DNA of 20,000 nucleotides from an uncultured virus (IMG/VR IMGVR_UViG_2751185397_000002). Taxonomy: Duplodnaviria; Heunggongvirae; Uroviricota; Caudoviricetes. The notes beneath the pieces are model-generated. The model worked only from the letters and a program-made list of their open reading frames with translations, was not told the origin of the DNA and did no database searches. The position numbers and the translations under genes are program-made. The DNA lies in the IMG/VR virus record IMGVR_UViG_2751185397_000002; one strand, written 5' to 3'. This document shows, piece after piece, positions 16,492-20,000 of this stretch (its first letter is position 1; each line of letters opens with the position of its first letter).

Positions 16492-18374
16492 TGGCGCACG
16501 TATCGGATTTGATCGCAGAAGATATCGAGCTGTATTTAAAAACGCATGAAAACAAGAGTCTGCTCCGGTTTATAACGTGCGGCAGTGTCGATGACGGAAA
16601 AAGCACTCTGATCGGCCGGCTGCTTTATGAATCGAAGATGTTATTTGAAGATCAATTGACTCAATTGGAGGTTGATTCCAAGAAAGTCGGTACGCAAGCG
16701 GGCGATCTGGATTTTGCGCTGCTGGTTGATGGACTGGCGGCGGAACGTGAACAGGGCATTACCATTGATGTCGCGTACCGCTTTTTTTCTACCGACAAGC
16801 GCAAGTTTATCGTTGCCGACACACCCGGGCACGAACAGTATACGCGCAACATGATCACCGGCGCGTCGACCGCGGATGTGGCCATTATTCTGATCGATGC
16901 GCGCAAAGGGGTGTTGACTCAGACGCGGCGGCACAGCTATTTGGTTTCTTTAATCGGCATCAAGCATGTGGTGCTGGCGATCAATAAGCTCGATATGGTG
17001 GGATATTCCGAAGAGGTTTTTAACCGGATCGATCACGACTATCGCGTATTCGCCAAAAAGGTCGGATTGCAAAATATTGTCGCCATCCCGATGTCGGCTT
17101 TGAAAGGCGATAATATTACCGAGTTAAGCAGGAATACACCGTGGTATAGCGGCGACACATTGATGAGCTATCTGGAGAATGTGCAGGTAGAAGATGCCGC
17201 TGAGCAATCCGGCGTTTTCCGTATGCCGGTGCAATGGGTGAATCGTCCCAATCTGGATTTCCGCGGTTATTCCGGCATGGTGGTACGCGGCAGTGTCAAG
17301 CCTGGTGATCCCGTCTGCGTTCTGCCATCCGGCAAGGAAAGCCGGGTGGCGCGCATCGTCACCCAAGACGGCGATCTTGACCGGGCGGTTTGCGGACAAT
17401 CGATTACGCTGACATTGACGGATGAGATCGATATCAGCCGAGGCGATGTGTTGGCGACAACCGATTCACCGCCCGGCGTGGCCAATCAGTTTGCAGCGAC
17501 TGTGGTTTGGATGATCGACGAACCGCTGCTTCCCGGCAGGCCGTACTTGATGAAGATTGGTGCAAAAACGGTAACCGCCACTATTTCCGAGTTGCAGCAT
17601 AAGGTCAATGTGAATACGCTCGAGCATATTGCTGCTACGCAGCTTGAGCTCAATGAAATCGGCATTTGTACTCTCGCTACGGATCAACTGATCGCATTCG
17701 ATCCGTATAGCGAAGATCGTGATACCGGTGGTTTTATCATGATCGATCGCCTGACCAATAATACGGTAGGGGCGGGCATGCTGCACTCGGCCGTACAGCA
17801 ATCGCACAGCCGCGCCGGGTGGCAAACGGTCAGTGTGAATAAACAAGCGCGCGCCGCCCTCAAGGGACAAAAACCGTTCATCTTGTGGCTTACCGGATCC
17901 GGCAACAGCAAGTCGGCTATCGCTATTTTGCTCGAGAAAAAGCTTTATTCGTTAGGCAAACACACTTATCTGCTGGATGGAGATACTATTCGTCACGGCT
18001 TGAATAAAGATCTCGGTTTTACCGATGCCGACCGGATTGAAAATATCCGGCGCACTGCGGAAGTAGCCAAGCTGATGGTTGATGTCGGACAAATCGTGCT
18101 GGTTTCTCTGATTTCACCGTTTTCCGACGAACGTAAAATGGTGCGTGAATTGGTGGCACAGGGCGAATTTTTTGAAATATTTGTCGATGCAACGATCCAG
18201 ACGGCAGAAGCGCGAGAGCTGAAGGAATTGCAAAAAGGCGATCGCAGCAAAGTTAATTCTACCGGCGAAGCACCGGATAATCCGGAAATCCGTATCGATA
18301 GGGCTATTCAGACCCCTGAGCAGGCGGTGGAGCATATCATCCGTTACCTGACGCAAGCGGGCGTGCTCAGTTAA
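16491..18374 (+). CDS. cysN: Sulfate adenylyltransferase subunit 1 (GTPase) fused to an APS-kinase-like C-terminal domain (CysNC/NodQ-type)
   Basis: LLRFITCGSVDDGKSTLIGRLL, EREQGITIDVAYR, DTPGHEQYTRNM, NKLD. C-terminal LDGD.IRHGLNKDLGF..DRIENIRR. TAATG overlap with the cysD stop. Confidence 0.95.
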   Translation: MAHVSDLIAEDIELYLKTHENKSLLRFITCGSVDDGKSTLIGRLLYESKMLFEDQLTQLEVDSKKVGTQAGDLDFALLVDGLAAEREQGITIDVAYRFFSTDKRKFIVADTPGHEQYTRNMITGASTADVAIILIDARKGVLTQTRRHSYLVSLIGIKHVVLAINKLDMVGYSEEVFNRIDHDYRVFAKKVGLQNIVAIPMSALKGDNITELSRNTPWYSGDTLMSYLENVQVEDAAEQSGVFRMPVQWVNRPNLDFRGYSGMVVRGSVKPGDPVCVLPSGKESRVARIVTQDGDLDRAVCGQSITLTLTDEIDISRGDVLATTDSPPGVANQFAATVVWMIDEPLLPGRPYLMKIGAKTVTATISELQHKVNVNTLEHIAATQLELNEIGICTLATDQLIAFDPYSEDRDTGGFIMIDRLTNNTVGAGMLHSAVQQSHSRAGWQTVSVNKQARAALKGQKPFILWLTGSGNSKSAIAILLEKKLYSLGKHTYLLDGDTIRHGLNKDLGFTDADRIENIRRTAEVAKLMVDVGQIVLVSLISPFSDERKMVRELVAQGEFFEIFVDATIQTAEARELKELQKGDRSKVNSTGEAPDNPEIRIDRAIQTPEQAVEHIIRYLTQAGVLS

Positions 18375-18565
18375 TAGCACTATTGCCCGATAAATCATCG
18401 CATGCATCAGTGTGGCGCGATNNNNNNNNNNNNNNNNNNNNNNNNNNNNNNNNNNNNGGTTCATTAAATCATTTTGTAACCGTTTTCATGCCACAGTGTC
18501 ATCGTGCGCTTGAAAAATTGTAAAGCGTTCGAGCAAATCTATCACTTTTCATCGGATTAATTATC

Positions 18566-19600
18566 ATGATTCTTGTTACAGGCGGTGCTGGATACATCGG
18601 GTCGCACACTTGCGTCGAATTGCTAAATGCGGGATTTGACATTACGGTTTTCGATAATTTTTGTAACAGCAATCCGGAAGCACTGATGCGCGTGCAGAAA
18701 ATTACCGGCAGGAAACCTGGATTAATTACCGGCGATTGCCGCGACCGGGCCGCCTTGACGGCAGCGTTACAGCAAAGTAAAGCCAAAGCGGTTATCCATT
18801 TTGCCGGACTTAAAGCCGTCGGGGAATCGGTTGAGCAGCCGCTTTCCTATTACGACAATAACGTCGCCGGGACATTGCGGCTATTGGAAGCGATGCAAGC
18901 ATGCGATGTCAAAACATTAGTATTCAGTTCTTCGGCAACGGTTTATGGTGATCCGGTACGCCTGCCGCTAACGGAAGATCATCCACTGACTGCAACGAAT
19001 CCCTACGGACGCAGCAAGCTGATGATCGAAGAGATTCTGCGCGATTTACAGCGCAGTGACAATTCATTCCGGATCGGTATATTGCGGTACTTCAACCCGG
19101 TGGGGGCGCACGCCAGCGGACTGATCGGCGAAGATCCGCAAGGAATTCCGAATAACTTGATGCCTTTCGTGGCGCAGGTCGCGGTGGGGCGAAGGGAAAC
19201 TTTGAACGTATGGGGAAACGATTACCCTACGCCAGACGGCACCGGCGTGCGCGATTATATTCACGTCGTCGATTTGGCACAGGGGCATCTCAAGGCTCTG
19301 GAGGTACTGGAAGCGTCGCGTCATACGCAAGATAGTCAATATTCCGGCTGTTTGACCGTAAACCTAGGCACCGGACGAGGGTACAGCGTATTGGAAGTGG
19401 TGCATGCCTACGAACAGGCAAGCGGACGGCCGATCCCGTACCAGATCGCTCCCCGGCGTTCCGGTGATATTGCTGCTTGTTATGCGGATCCAAAGCGCGC
19501 TTTCGAATTGCTGGGCTGGCAAGCCAAACTCGGATTGGATGAAATGTGCACAAGCAGTTGGCATTGGCAAAGCACCAATCCGAGCGGCTATCAAAGCTGA
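18566..19600 (+). CDS. galE: UDP-glucose 4-epimerase
   Basis: [39 protein letters not shown] (YxxxK), [18 protein letters not shown]. Confidence 0.97.
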   Translation: MILVTGGAGYIGSHTCVELLNAGFDITVFDNFCNSNPEALMRVQKITGRKPGLITGDCRDRAALTAALQQSKAKAVIHFAGLKAVGESVEQPLSYYDNNVAGTLRLLEAMQACDVKTLVFSSSATVYGDPVRLPLTEDHPLTATNPYGRSKLMIEEILRDLQRSDNSFRIGILRYFNPVGAHASGLIGEDPQGIPNNLMPFVAQVAVGRRETLNVWGNDYPTPDGTGVRDYIHVVDLAQGHLKALEVLEASRHTQDSQYSGCLTVNLGTGRGYSVLEVVHAYEQASGRPIPYQIAPRRSGDIAACYADPKRAFELLGWQAKLGLDEMCTSSWHWQSTNPSGYQS

Positions 19601-19673
19601 CCGGAGCTACTTTTCCGGACTACCGGAATCGGATGAGAGCGGTTGTGGCGACTCACTATTAAGGAGAACTTAA

Positions 19674-20000
19674 ATGAAAGCGATAAGAAAGGCTGTTTTT
19701 CCTGTTGCCGGATTAGGTACACGTTTTTTACCGGCGACCAAGGCGAATCCCAAGGAAATGCTGCCGATCGTCGATAAGCCGTTGATTCAATTTGCTGCGG
19801 AAGAAGCGGTTGCCGCGGGTATCGACGTACTGATTTTCATCATCGGGCGTAACAAAAGCTCCATACCCGATCACTTCGATAAGGCATTTGAGTTGGAAGC
19901 GAAACTGGAAGCGGATAGAAAGCATGAAATGCTGAATATTGTCCGCAATATCCTGCCGGTGCGCATCGATTGCGTTTATATCCGGCAAGCCGAAGCACTG
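19674..20000 (+). CDS. galU: UTP--glucose-1-phosphate uridylyltransferase (3'-truncated by window; not in the ORF track)
   Basis: AAGGAG RBS at 19661-19666, then [45 protein letters not shown]...DHFD. Confidence 0.95.
   Translation, partial: MKAIRKAVFPVAGLGTRFLPATKANPKEMLPIVDKPLIQFAAEEAVAAGIDVLIFIIGRNKSSIPDHFDKAFELEAKLEADRKHEMLNIVRNILPVRIDCVYIRQAEAL

Overview
Two parts. Bases 1-~15170 are the end of a probable prophage. It contains the 3' part of a likely ejection/virion gene and a 13,965-nt ORF for a 4654-aa phage 'polyvalent' protein. Motif order in that protein: lytic transglycosylase, ejection-protein-like N-terminal region, inorganic-pyrophosphatase-like domain, two unnamed globular domains, DarB-like N6-adenine methyltransferase plus SF2 helicase, HExxxH metallopeptidase-like domain, ADP-ribosyltransferase-like domain, PLxRFG region. 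A cluster of dyad sites and a tandem 10-bp repeat follow, abutting the 3' end of a minus-strand tRNA-Lys(UUU), the likely integration site. Bases ~15250-20000 are host chromosome: cysD (broken by an N gap), cysN/cysNC with an apparently degenerate APS-kinase domain, galE and the start of galU. The most notable observation is a 98-aa ORF with a perfect AGGAGGT Shine-Dalgarno, fully nested in the +1 frame of the giant gene. Also notable are a low-GC cassette forming the ART core and a 28-bp perfect palindrome near the att end. Domain calls are by motif recognition only; no searches were run.
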